Below, one piece after another: positions 1 through 8,154 of a stretch of DNA of 64,000 bases. Source of the DNA: a virus (Duplodnaviria > Caudoviricetes); the IMG/VR virus record IMGVR_UViG_3300021256_000099, positions 4,236-68,235 of that record; one strand, written 5' to 3'. How positions within the stretch are numbered: the stretch's first letter is position 1; the number at the start of each line of letters is the position of its first letter. Position numbers and translations under genes: made by a program. The notes under the pieces are model-generated. The model saw only the letters and a program-made list of their open reading frames with translations. It did not search any database and had not been told where the DNA came from.

Positions 1-1
1 G

Positions 2-319
2 ACGTATGAAGTAATCAAAGTTAACGGAAAACCTGGTGTTGACGCTTTCCAGATGGGGCCTAATTCGTCTGTCCTTCTTCTCGACGAAACAGCTAACATT
101 GTATGGCTTGCTCAGACGGACGGGGCTGGATACAAGACCGCTACCCCGTTTGACATCGTTCCGCATCAGGAAGCGCCCAAAGTGGACATAAATGCTATCG
201 ATTCACGTATTCAGAGCATTGAAGCTGAGTTAAAGGAAATGAGGGACAGATATGCAAAACTCGATTCTGCAAGCGCTCCAAAACAACAGCGGGGTGAATC
301 AAAACCCCGTCAACAGTAA
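2..319 (+). CDS. Conserved gut-phage hypothetical protein, 5'-truncated; first gene of the four-gene Gln/Cys-rich cluster
   Basis: Frame is open from base 2 (TYEVIKVNGKPGVDAFQMGPNSSVLLLDE...TDGAGYK) to the stop at 319, so the start lies left of the window. Confidence 0.75.
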   Translation, partial: TYEVIKVNGKPGVDAFQMGPNSSVLLLDETANIVWLAQTDGAGYKTATPFDIVPHQEAPKVDINAIDSRIQSIEAELKEMRDRYAKLDSASAPKQQRGESKPRQQ

Positions 320-524
320 CAACAACCCAATGAGCATCGTGCAGGCAATTAGAACGGCCCAAAATCCCAACATGATGTTACAGCACCTTGCGCAGAACAA
401 TCCCAATGTAGCTAATGCCATGAATCTGGTACAGCGATACGGCGGTGACCCGCAAAGAGCCTTCTTTGAAGAAGCTAAACGAAAAGGTATCGACCCGAAC
501 CAGATCATCGCGATGCTTAGATAA
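252..524 (+). CDS. Small Gln/Asn/Met-rich hypothetical protein
   Basis: ORF track; low-complexity QNPNMMLQHLAQNNP; the true start may be slightly downstream. Confidence 0.65.
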   Translation: MQNSILQALQNNSGVNQNPVNSNNNPMSIVQAIRTAQNPNMMLQHLAQNNPNVANAMNLVQRYGGDPQRAFFEEAKRKGIDPNQIIAMLR

Positions 525-587
525 CGGTCTGGCCAGACCTGTGTAACATGTCAACTTGTCTAACTAATCTATCGGAGGTACATAATC

Positions 588-1238
588 ATGGCTGATGGAA
601 ATTTCTCTCCTGCTGATATCGCGGCGATGTCTGGAGACATGGGCGGCAACAACGCTTTCTTCTGGATCTTTGCTCTGCTCCTGCTTGGTGGTATGGGCAA
701 TGGTGGCTTCTATGGCAATGGTGGCTATCATCCTCAGTATGCTACACAGGATTTTGTCCAGAACGGCTTCAACTTCAACGACCTTCAAGACCAGAACCGT
801 GACCTGATGGGTGCTGTCACTGGTGGTACTGCACAGGCTGTAGCTGCCACTCAGCAAGCTAAGTACGACAACATTAACGTGATGAAAGATGTCCAGATGG
901 CTCTTGGTCAGCAGATCGCAGATGTACGTTCTATGGAGCAGAATATTCTGGGCAATCAGAATGATTGTTGCTGTTCTACAAAGATGATGATTGCAGAGCA
1001 GGCTGCAAACACAAACGCAAAGATTGCTCAGAACCAGTATGATACATCCATGCAGATTGCGGGACTTGAGCAGAGGCTTACTGCAAAGATGGATGCGAAC
1101 GAAATCCAGAATCTGCGTGATCAGGTAAATCAGCTTCAGCTTAATCAGGCAACTGCCGGGGTTGTGAGATATCCTAACAGTTGGACTTTTAACGCAGGCC
1201 AGTTCCCGAACTGCTTCTGCGGTGGATGTAATGGTTGA
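588..1238 (+). CDS. Gly-rich/hydrophobic N-terminus, coiled-coil, Cys-cluster protein (spore/capsule-associated-like, function unknown)
   Basis: RBS GGAGG at ~574; FFWIFALLLLGG segment, YATQDFVQNGF motif, NDCCCS and CFCGGC clusters. Confidence 0.75.
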   Translation: MADGNFSPADIAAMSGDMGGNNAFFWIFALLLLGGMGNGGFYGNGGYHPQYATQDFVQNGFNFNDLQDQNRDLMGAVTGGTAQAVAATQQAKYDNINVMKDVQMALGQQIADVRSMEQNILGNQNDCCCSTKMMIAEQAANTNAKIAQNQYDTSMQIAGLEQRLTAKMDANEIQNLRDQVNQLQLNQATAGVVRYPNSWTFNAGQFPNCFCGGCNG

Positions 1239-1252
1239 TTGGGGGTGTTTAA

Positions 1253-1627
1253 ATGCTCCAAGTATACAGCATCAATGTCGATGTAGGTGCTGATAGCATC
1301 GTACCTTTCAACAACGTAGCGGTGGATAAAGGTTGTGCCGAAAAACTGACAGGTGTTGGGACAATCGAACTTAACAAGGCCGGGATCTACGGCGTACATG
1401 TCGATGGAGTTGCGTCCGCATCTACGACAGTTCAACTTCTTCGGAATGGCGTGGCATTACCACAGGCTCAGTCTACCGGGACTACCATTGGGTTCGATAC
1501 GTTTGTACAAGTTCCAAACAACAACTGCGGATGTAACTGCAATACATCTCCAGTAACTCTTCAGTTGCACAATCTTACTACAGCAACATTACCAAATATC
1601 AATTTAGTTGTCCGTAAAATGTCATAG
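1253..1627 (+). CDS. BclA-C/C1q-like beta-sandwich protein with Cys-rich loop
   Basis: Pattern VPF...G.I.L..AG.Y.V....V.....VQL.RNG.ALP.AQS typical of BclA C-terminal-like folds; NNNCGCNCN. Confidence 0.55.
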   Translation: MLQVYSINVDVGADSIVPFNNVAVDKGCAEKLTGVGTIELNKAGIYGVHVDGVASASTTVQLLRNGVALPQAQSTGTTIGFDTFVQVPNNNCGCNCNTSPVTLQLHNLTTATLPNINLVVRKMS

Positions 1628-1635
1628 GACTTTTT

Positions 1636-1671
1636 GGGAGTCTCCTCTATTTTGGGGGACTCCCATTTTTT
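1636..1671 (+). terminator. Intrinsic terminator
   Basis: GGGAGTCTCC/GGGGACTCCC hairpin followed by a T run. Confidence 0.8.
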
Positions 1672-1688
1672 AATCTACAGGTAAGCAC

Positions 1689-2828
1689 ATGGGAAAACTT
1701 CACTGTCCAGTATTTTCGTCCGGGTGGGGAGATATGGAAATCCTTGAGTCGGACGGAAAATTCCTAATCATCGACACCTTTACAAACGGCAATTCAAAGC
1801 CAAGGAAGTATGTCAAAAACCTACTCAACGGAAGGAAGAGTGACCTTCTCTTCTCCCACGGTCATCAGGATCACAATGACGATGCTGAATGGTACATAAA
1901 AAACAACTTGATAAAACATCTTTATGTCAGTATGCACCAACCGGGTCAGGAAACGCATAAAGATAGGACGAGACAAAATAATATTATTTCACTTTGTAAG
2001 AGCAAAGGTATCCCTGTTACCCAATTAGGGACTGGGGATACTTTTAGTGTTGGTAAAGCAACCGTAAAAGTTCTATACGCAAAATCAACCGGGGGGAATA
2101 ATGCTAAGTCGCTTTGTCTCATGGTCACTCTCAATGGGGTTAAAATCCTTCTTTGCGGAGATGCAGAAACATCCACCGTAAAAGCAATGGTCAACAAGTA
2201 CTCTATATCATGTGATATAGTAAAGTTCAATCACCACGGGGTCAAAGAGAATAACCCTTCCATCTTTGCTGAAAAAGCGAAAGCGAGTTATGCGTTCTGC
2301 AATTGTTGTGATGAAGGCTCATCCACCTTTAGGAGTTGGGCAAAAGAATCCTACGCAAAATTTGAAGCGCAGAATACTAACTGTGTTTCAGTCCTGTACA
2401 ATGGTGGAATTGTCTTCGACTGCTATGCCGGGGAATTCAACGTCTTGATGGGAAGGAACTATAAAACCGCCATTAGTAAGATTAAGCGTGACGGATTTGT
2501 TGTCGAAAAGCAGTTCCATTATTGCGACAAAGAGCCTTTACACATTGCCAAGTCGATGGAGTATATCGACTTACAACTTGCTAAAGATACCATCTGCGGA
2601 CGATTCGGCAACGGATCAGAGCGCACAGAGAAATTGAAGAGCAAAGCTGCTACCGTCCAGAAACTTGTCAACGGTCTTATCGGCGAATTTGCTGACAGGA
2701 TGATTGCCGGGGAAGGAGGAAACGGTGAGGCAAACAGAACAGCTTGGCTGAGAAAATGCGGTTTCGTTTATGATCCCGCTGTTGCATACTCTGTCATTCA
2801 GAGCGAAGTGAATAGAAGAACGAAATAA
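1689..2828 (+). CDS. ComEC/Rec2-type metallo-beta-lactamase hydrolase with C-terminal CW_7-like cell-wall-binding repeats
   Basis: HGHQDH (HxHxDH), LLCGDA and KFNHHG motifs; C-terminal GRFGNGSER and GEGGNGEANR repeats. Confidence 0.8.
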   Translation: MGKLHCPVFSSGWGDMEILESDGKFLIIDTFTNGNSKPRKYVKNLLNGRKSDLLFSHGHQDHNDDAEWYIKNNLIKHLYVSMHQPGQETHKDRTRQNNIISLCKSKGIPVTQLGTGDTFSVGKATVKVLYAKSTGGNNAKSLCLMVTLNGVKILLCGDAETSTVKAMVNKYSISCDIVKFNHHGVKENNPSIFAEKAKASYAFCNCCDEGSSTFRSWAKESYAKFEAQNTNCVSVLYNGGIVFDCYAGEFNVLMGRNYKTAISKIKRDGFVVEKQFHYCDKEPLHIAKSMEYIDLQLAKDTICGRFGNGSERTEKLKSKAATVQKLVNGLIGEFADRMIAGEGGNGEANRTAWLRKCGFVYDPAVAYSVIQSEVNRRTK

Positions 2829-2833
2829 CTTTC

Positions 2834-2870
2834 AAGGGGTGTCCCAGTAACTTGGGATGCCCCTTTTATT
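2834..2870 (+). terminator. Intrinsic terminator
   Basis: AAGGGGTGTCCCAG/TTGGGATGCCCCTT hairpin then TTTT. Confidence 0.8.
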
Positions 2871-2919
2871 GTCCTATAATATAAGTAACTATCATTTTAT
2901 ATATAAAGGAGACTTAAAA

Positions 2920-5103
2920 TTGCCAGATGTATATCAAAGAGTCATCAAACGTGATGGCAAGGAAGTCGCATTCGACCCGTCAAAGATTGAAAACGCTATC
3001 AGGAAATCCAATGCAGAGGTAGACCCGGTACATCAGCTTTCGGACGCTCAGATTGAGGCTGTGGTTGACATGTTGACCGAGCAGATTAACGACATCCAAC
3101 ATGCTGTCAATGTGGAAGACATCCAAGACATGGTCGAAAAGGGAATCATGTCCGTACGGGGTTACGAAGTTGCCCAGAAGTATGTCCGCTACCGCTATAA
3201 GAGAGAACTTGCGAGAAGAGCGAATACAACAGACCAGAACATCCTGTCGCTCATCAATCTGAGCAACGAGGAAATCAAGCAGGAAAATTCCAATAAGAAC
3301 CCTGTCATCAATTCTACTCAGCGTGACTACATAGCAGGAGAAACCAGTAAGGACTTGACTGCTCGTGTTCTCATCCCGAAAGAAATCTGGGACGCTCATG
3401 AACAGGGCATTATCCATTTCCACGATGCCGATTATTTCCTTCAGAGCGAACATAATTGCGATTTAATCGCACTCGATGACATGCTCCAGAACGGTACTGT
3501 CATCAGCGGGACTCTTATCGAAAAGCCTCACAGCTTTTATACGGCTTGTAATGTAACGACCCAGATCATCGCACAAGTAGCATCCAACCAGTATGGCGGG
3601 CAGTCTTTCTCTCTGGCACATCTTGCCCCGTTCGTACAGGTGAGTAGAGACAAGATCCGTCAGGAAGTCATCAATGAGCGTGAGCAGTGCGCTGAGAAAC
3701 TTGACAGGGATATCATTGACCAGATTGTAAAGATCCGCCTCAAAAAAGAAATCACTGCGGGTATCCAGACTATCCAGTATCAGTTGATTACCCTGATGAC
3801 ATGTAACGGGCAAGCACCGTTTGTTACGATGTGGATGTACCTTGATGAAGTCCCGGAAGGCAGAATCAGGGATGACCTTGCCATGCTTATCGAGGAAGTC
3901 CTTAATCAGAGAGTCCAAGGAACAAAAAATGAACAGGGTATCTGGGTAACCCCTGCTTTCCCGAAACTCATTTATGCCCTTGACGAGGACAACATCCGCC
4001 CCGGAACAAAGTATTGGGATCTGACCGTTCTGGCCGCAAAGTGTACAGCCAAGAGAATGGTTCCTGACTACATCTCCGTCAAGAAGATGAAAGAGTACAA
4101 GAACGGTGATGTATATCCGTGTATGGGATGTCGTTCATTTTTGACACCAGATACCGTTGGCTTAAACCCTGATGGAAGTCATAAGTATTACGGAAGATTT
4201 AACTGTGGTGTCGTAACTATCAACCTTGTTGATGTAGCATGTTCTTCCTACGGCGATATGGATAAGTTCTGGGAAATCCTTGAAGACAGACTGGAACTCT
4301 GCCACCGGGCATTGCAATGTAAGCATGAACGTCTTAGAGGCACTGTATCGGACGTTGCTCCTATCCTTTGGCAACATGGTGCGCTTGCACGGTTAAAGAA
4401 GGGCGAGAAGATTGACAAACTTCTTTATGGAAACTATTCCACAATCTCTCTTGGTTATGCCGGGATCTATGAGATGTGTGTCAGAATGACAGGAAAGTCG
4501 CACACCTCTGAAGAAGGCAAAAAGTTTGCTCTGGCCGTCATGCAGAAACTCAATGACAAATGTGCCGAGTGGAGAGCTGCAGAAAACATCAGCTACTCCG
4601 TTTATGGCACTCCTATGGAGACAACGACTTACAAGTTTGCCAAGTGTCTCCAGAAGCGATTCGGTATCATCAAGGATGTGACGGATCACAACTACATTAC
4701 CAACTCGTATCACATCTCTGTCAGGGAAGAAATTGATGCCTACAGCAAGTTGAAGTTTGAATCGGAATTCCAGAAGTTGTCTCCCGGTGGAGCAATAAGT
4801 TATGTTGAAGTTCCAAACCTTCAGAACAACATCCCTGCCGTCATCAGTGTCATGCAGTTCATCTACGATAACATCATGTATGCTGAACTCAACACCAAGA
4901 GTGACTACTGCTCCGTCTGCGGTTTTGACGGAGAAATCCAGATCGTTGATGACCACGGCAAACTTGTTTGGGAATGCCCCAACTGCGGTAACCGTGACGA
5001 GTCAAAGATGTCAGTAACAAGACGCACATGTGGTTACCTTGGCAGTCAGTACTGGAATCAAGGAAGGACTGCTGAGATCCGGGACAGAGTCCTGCATCTG
5101 TAA
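2920..5103 (+). CDS. nrdD: Anaerobic (class III) ribonucleoside-triphosphate reductase with N-terminal ATP cone
   Basis: TTG start after AAGGAG; ATP cone VIKRDG..V.FD..KI..AI; CMGCRSFL, NCGVVTINL, TPMETT; Zn site CSVC..CPNC; glycyl radical motif RRTCGYL. Confidence 0.95.
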   Translation: MPDVYQRVIKRDGKEVAFDPSKIENAIRKSNAEVDPVHQLSDAQIEAVVDMLTEQINDIQHAVNVEDIQDMVEKGIMSVRGYEVAQKYVRYRYKRELARRANTTDQNILSLINLSNEEIKQENSNKNPVINSTQRDYIAGETSKDLTARVLIPKEIWDAHEQGIIHFHDADYFLQSEHNCDLIALDDMLQNGTVISGTLIEKPHSFYTACNVTTQIIAQVASNQYGGQSFSLAHLAPFVQVSRDKIRQEVINEREQCAEKLDRDIIDQIVKIRLKKEITAGIQTIQYQLITLMTCNGQAPFVTMWMYLDEVPEGRIRDDLAMLIEEVLNQRVQGTKNEQGIWVTPAFPKLIYALDEDNIRPGTKYWDLTVLAAKCTAKRMVPDYISVKKMKEYKNGDVYPCMGCRSFLTPDTVGLNPDGSHKYYGRFNCGVVTINLVDVACSSYGDMDKFWEILEDRLELCHRALQCKHERLRGTVSDVAPILWQHGALARLKKGEKIDKLLYGNYSTISLGYAGIYEMCVRMTGKSHTSEEGKKFALAVMQKLNDKCAEWRAAENISYSVYGTPMETTTYKFAKCLQKRFGIIKDVTDHNYITNSYHISVREEIDAYSKLKFESEFQKLSPGGAISYVEVPNLQNNIPAVISVMQFIYDNIMYAELNTKSDYCSVCGFDGEIQIVDDHGKLVWECPNCGNRDESKMSVTRRTCGYLGSQYWNQGRTAEIRDRVLHL

Positions 5104-5132
5104 TCCACAAGTTATCCACAAAGTTATCCACA
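5101..5132 (+). promoter_or_regulatory. Cluster of three DnaA boxes
   Basis: TAATCCACA (5101-5109, one mismatch), TTATCCACA (5112-5120), TTATCCACA (5124-5132). Confidence 0.6.
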
Positions 5133-5140
5133 ATCATCAT

Positions 5141-5182
5141 GCCCCCTGTGGTCGGAAGTTCCCGGCTGTAGGGGGTCTTTTT
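5141..5182 (+). terminator. Intrinsic terminator after nrdD
   Basis: GCCCCCTGTGGTCGG/CCGGCTGTAGGGGGT hairpin then TTTTT. Confidence 0.75.
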
Positions 5183-5249
5183 CGCCCATTTTTATATGAA
5201 AATTGGGAAATAAACAGCCAATGTGGGAGATATGTATAGGAAACCTAAA

Positions 5250-5520
5250 AATGTAACGTTATGTAACGCTTAGATATATGTCAGGATAAAAATTTTATAA
5301 ACTTTCTAAAAATTTTATAAACTCAAATTTTTCGCTCTTGTTATATATGTACAAAAACATAAAACATGTAATCTGTACTTTTGTGAAAAGTGAACTACAT
5401 TTACATCTTATGTAACGTTACTGTAACGTTACGGTAACGTTATTCCTCTTATTCTTATTCTTATATCTTTATCTTTATTCTTTTTCTTTTGCTTCTTTTC
5501 TTTTTCTTGTTTCTTTGGAT
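5250..5520. other. Putative replication origin: AT-rich spacer with GTAACGTTA iteron-like palindromes
   Basis: TGTAACGTTA/GTAACG at ~5252-5270 and three tandem copies at ~5411-5442; AAAATTTTATAA twice; pyrimidine tract 5443-5516. Confidence 0.5.
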
Positions 5521-5819
5521 CATCCCTTGATGCCCCCTCAACCTGTCAACAAGGGTCAATCGCCGACTAAAAATCCCAGACGAATCTGGAAGAGAATGTC
5601 TTCGCTTGAAAAAGTGTCCACAGGTAATCTAAAACCGCCCAGAATCGCCCGGAAACGACCAGATATCCCTACTCATTGTTAAAGCGCAAGCTGCAGGATG
5701 ACACTGCTCTACATGTTATATAACTTCTCCACTGACAGACTATTTAAGAGTCCTTGATTTTGGACTCCAATGAAGATAATATCTTTATAAGAACAAACGT
5801 TTGGAAAGGAGATATCGCA

Positions 5820-5930
5820 ATGAGACAGATGATAAAAGACATGATAGACAGAATCGATGATTACGAGCTGCTTATGCTCATCTATGAAGTTATCCACAAT
5901 TTGGTTCTCAAAAAAGAAAAGGGGGAGTAA
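5820..5930 (+). CDS. 36-aa small protein convergent with the repressor
   Basis: AAAGGAGA RBS, ATG at 5820, MRQMIKDMIDRIDDYELLMLIYEVIHNLVLKKEKGE; below the ORF-track length cutoff. Confidence 0.6.
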   Translation: MRQMIKDMIDRIDDYELLMLIYEVIHNLVLKKEKGE

Positions 5931-5944
5931 TCCCCCTTGTAATT

Positions 5945-6286
5945 TCAGCCAGAAATTTTATCAACCAGATACCTGATTGCTTTCTTTGTGTCCGGGTCGA
6001 GTCTCTGGTACTTGGATATCAATTCAAGCGCATCATTGTCAAACGCCATATCAGCAATGATTGATGCCTTTGACCTGACGGTACTGTCACCAAGTAAGTC
6101 AGATGCTGACAATCCGTATAAACCCAGAAGCACTTCTATTGTATCCGCATCAGGACGATGCCTGTCATTTTCCCATTCGCTTATAGATGAATGGCTGATC
6201 TTCAAAATATTCGCCACTTCTTTTTGAGTCAGACGTTTATCAAGTCTGGCTGCCTTTAGTTTTTCTCCAAGTGTCATACATGTCAC
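5945..6286 (-). CDS. CI-like XRE-family repressor
   Basis: LGEKLKAARLDKRLTQKEVANILKISHSSISEWENDRHRPD HTH; divergent from the cro-like gene. Confidence 0.85.
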   Translation of the reverse strand: MTCMTLGEKLKAARLDKRLTQKEVANILKISHSSISEWENDRHRPDADTIEVLLGLYGLSASDLLGDSTVRSKASIIADMAFDNDALELISKYQRLDPDTKKAIRYLVDKISG

Positions 6287-6302
6287 CTTCCTTTCTATCT
6301 TA

Positions 6303-6331
6303 ATTATAAGTCAAAGCATGTTCGACATCAA
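6303..6331 (-). promoter_or_regulatory. sigmaA-type promoter for the repressor
   Basis: TTGATG-17 nt-TATAAT on the minus strand; TCGAAC directly follows the -35. Confidence 0.7.
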
Positions 6332-6365
6332 ATTAAAAAAATTCGAAAAAAATGAAATTTGTATA

Positions 6366-6394
6366 TTGACTTCGAACCCCTATGGTGCTAACAT
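6366..6394 (+). promoter_or_regulatory. sigmaA-type lytic promoter with candidate TCGA-core operators
   Basis: TTGACT-17 nt-TAACAT with extended TG; TCGA cores recur at ~6322, 6344, 6372, 6402, 6431. Confidence 0.7.
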
Positions 6395-6481
6395 AAGGAT
6401 GTCGAAAGAAATGAACTCAACCACAAGAGTTCGAGTGAGTAGACAAGGCTATCTTGCGAGGGTATCAACACATAGAAAGGA

Positions 6482-6706
6482 GTGAAGAGATTGAAGTCCG
6501 TGGGACTCAAAATCAAAGAGTATATGGAAGAAAAGGGGATCAACCAGTCAGAGATTGCTGACATGGTGGGTATTCCGAGACCGAAACTCAACAAGATGCT
6601 TAATGGTGAGCAAAAAATCTCCCTTGATGATTACGAACTCATCTGTGGTGCGCTTGGAGTTGGTGTCGATGAATTCCTGTCCCCGAAGAGGATAGTGCTG
6701 TTATGA
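6482..6706 (+). CDS. Cro-like XRE HTH protein
   Basis: GLKIKEYMEEKGINQSEIADMVGIPRPKLNKMLNGEQKI; GTG start after AAAGGA. Confidence 0.85.
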   Translation: MKRLKSVGLKIKEYMEEKGINQSEIADMVGIPRPKLNKMLNGEQKISLDDYELICGALGVGVDEFLSPKRIVLL

Positions 6707-6912
6707 TCTACGTCTACAAGAATTGCCTGTGTGGCAAGACCCCGGTAGTCAAGCACTATCTGAGAAACAATCTGCCCTATGCCGAAGTCAAATGCAGATG
6801 CGGGAATCACGCTTCAGAGTATTCCCAGAAATCCGAAAAGGATGCGGTAATCAGGGTGATAACACGGTGGAACGACACCATCAAGAGGAGAAAGAAGGCT
6901 GACAATGTTTGA
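6703..6912 (+). CDS. Zn-ribbon protein (Lar-like)
   Basis: CLCG...CRCG and a WN motif near the end. Confidence 0.55.
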   Translation: MIYVYKNCLCGKTPVVKHYLRNNLPYAEVKCRCGNHASEYSQKSEKDAVIRVITRWNDTIKRRKKADNV

Positions 6913-7102
6913 GGTAGGATGCCTTACAACAATCTCGCTCCTTATCGGGGCATTAGGTTATCTGGTCACAAAGTTCATCGCAGATACTGCTGCTGAACAC
7001 AAATCCCAGAAAGATATCATTGCCTCGATGGAGTGCAGAGACAAGATGTTCAATACATGGCTCAATGATTGTGCCATTGAAAAGAGAGGAAAGAGAAAAT
7101 GA
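6905..7102 (+). CDS. Small membrane-anchored hypothetical protein
   Basis: Overlapping start/stop; N-terminal hydrophobic helix. Confidence 0.6.
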   Translation: MFEVGCLTTISLLIGALGYLVTKFIADTAAEHKSQKDIIASMECRDKMFNTWLNDCAIEKRGKRK

Positions 7103-7323
7103 AGGATGTAGTAACCATCAGCACTCTGGAAAAGAATGCCAGAGAGGCGAGCCGAGCAATCACGAAACTTAACGACAACATGACGGTATTTTTCTACAGC
7201 TATTCCGGGAACGGATCGGCAGACCTTGCCATGACACACGGCATGTTGGCAAGTACCGCAGTTGGAAAAGTCTTGAAGGCTCTGGCCAAATTTGAAAAAG
7301 AAAGAAAGGGGGAAGAACAGTGA
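7099..7323 (+). CDS. Hypothetical protein
   Basis: ATGA-coupled ORF in the operon. Confidence 0.6.
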   Translation: MKDVVTISTLEKNAREASRAITKLNDNMTVFFYSYSGNGSADLAMTHGMLASTAVGKVLKALAKFEKERKGEEQ

Positions 7324-7880
7324 TTAAGCCAGAAGATATCGCTGTAAGAAGGAAAGCACTTGGATTATCCCGGAAAGAACTGGGAGAACTCACCTACACA
7401 TCAGAACAGCATGTAGGTGCTATTGAACGGGGGATCAGCACGAGGCCCAACACACTTCTGCTCTTCCAGTATGTTCTGGATGAATTAGAAGGCAAAGAAA
7501 GTGGAGAGTCCAAAGAGGCGGGATACAAACTTGCCCAGAACGTCTTCAACATCCTCAAAGAAAATCCAAATCATCCTTTTGTTGAGTCAACAATGGGAGA
7601 CATCCTGACACTCACTGACATGATGAACATGGACATGGAAGGTGCTGAAAGGTTTGTTAGAGACTTTAACGAATACAACGAAATCAAGGCGGGTACAATC
7701 GTCCGGGTATATGTGAACTCTCGTGAATATAAAGGTCTTGTAACAGAGATTAACGGCAATACCTTCAACGTCTTTGTGTTCGACCTTAATGAAGTAGTTG
7801 CTTTCCCCAGAAACGGTCTCTTCAAGCTGCAGGAAAGGCTTACATTCGAAATGAAAGGAGATAATGATGTTAAAAATTAA
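7320..7880 (+). CDS. XRE HTH-domain protein
   Basis: IAVRRKALGLSRKELGELTYTSEQHVGAIERG. Confidence 0.75.
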   Translation: MIKPEDIAVRRKALGLSRKELGELTYTSEQHVGAIERGISTRPNTLLLFQYVLDELEGKESGESKEAGYKLAQNVFNILKENPNHPFVESTMGDILTLTDMMNMDMEGAERFVRDFNEYNEIKAGTIVRVYVNSREYKGLVTEINGNTFNVFVFDLNEVVAFPRNGLFKLQERLTFEMKGDNDVKN

Positions 7881-8154
7881 TCTGCATGACGTTTCTATCA
7901 CCGGGTTCCCGTCAATCCTCTTAGCTGAGTATTGTACCCTGACCACAGCACTCATCGAGGACTCGAAGGTGTTCGGCGAGACCAAGGAAGAGAAGAGGAA
8001 GAAGTATGAGGAGATCCACAACATGATTATCAAGAACGTGTTTGAGGGTGATTTCCCGGAGATCTCCGAAGAGGATAAAGAGAGAGCAAAGAACGAAATC
8101 GAACTGCTCTCCTTGCTCAGTGACATTCTTACAAAGAAAGGGGATGAAGAATGA
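7864..8154 (+). CDS. Hypothetical protein
   Basis: Coupled ORF with AAGGAG RBS. Confidence 0.6.
   Translation: MMLKINLHDVSITGFPSILLAEYCTLTTALIEDSKVFGETKEEKRKKYEEIHNMIIKNVFEGDFPEISEEDKERAKNEIELLSLLSDILTKKGDEE

Noticed and set aside
5709-5897. Minus-strand 62-aa ORF downstream of the repressor
   Set aside because: Weak start. It overlaps a plus-strand 36-aa ORF with a strong RBS and lies beyond the terminator hairpin at ~5918-5938.
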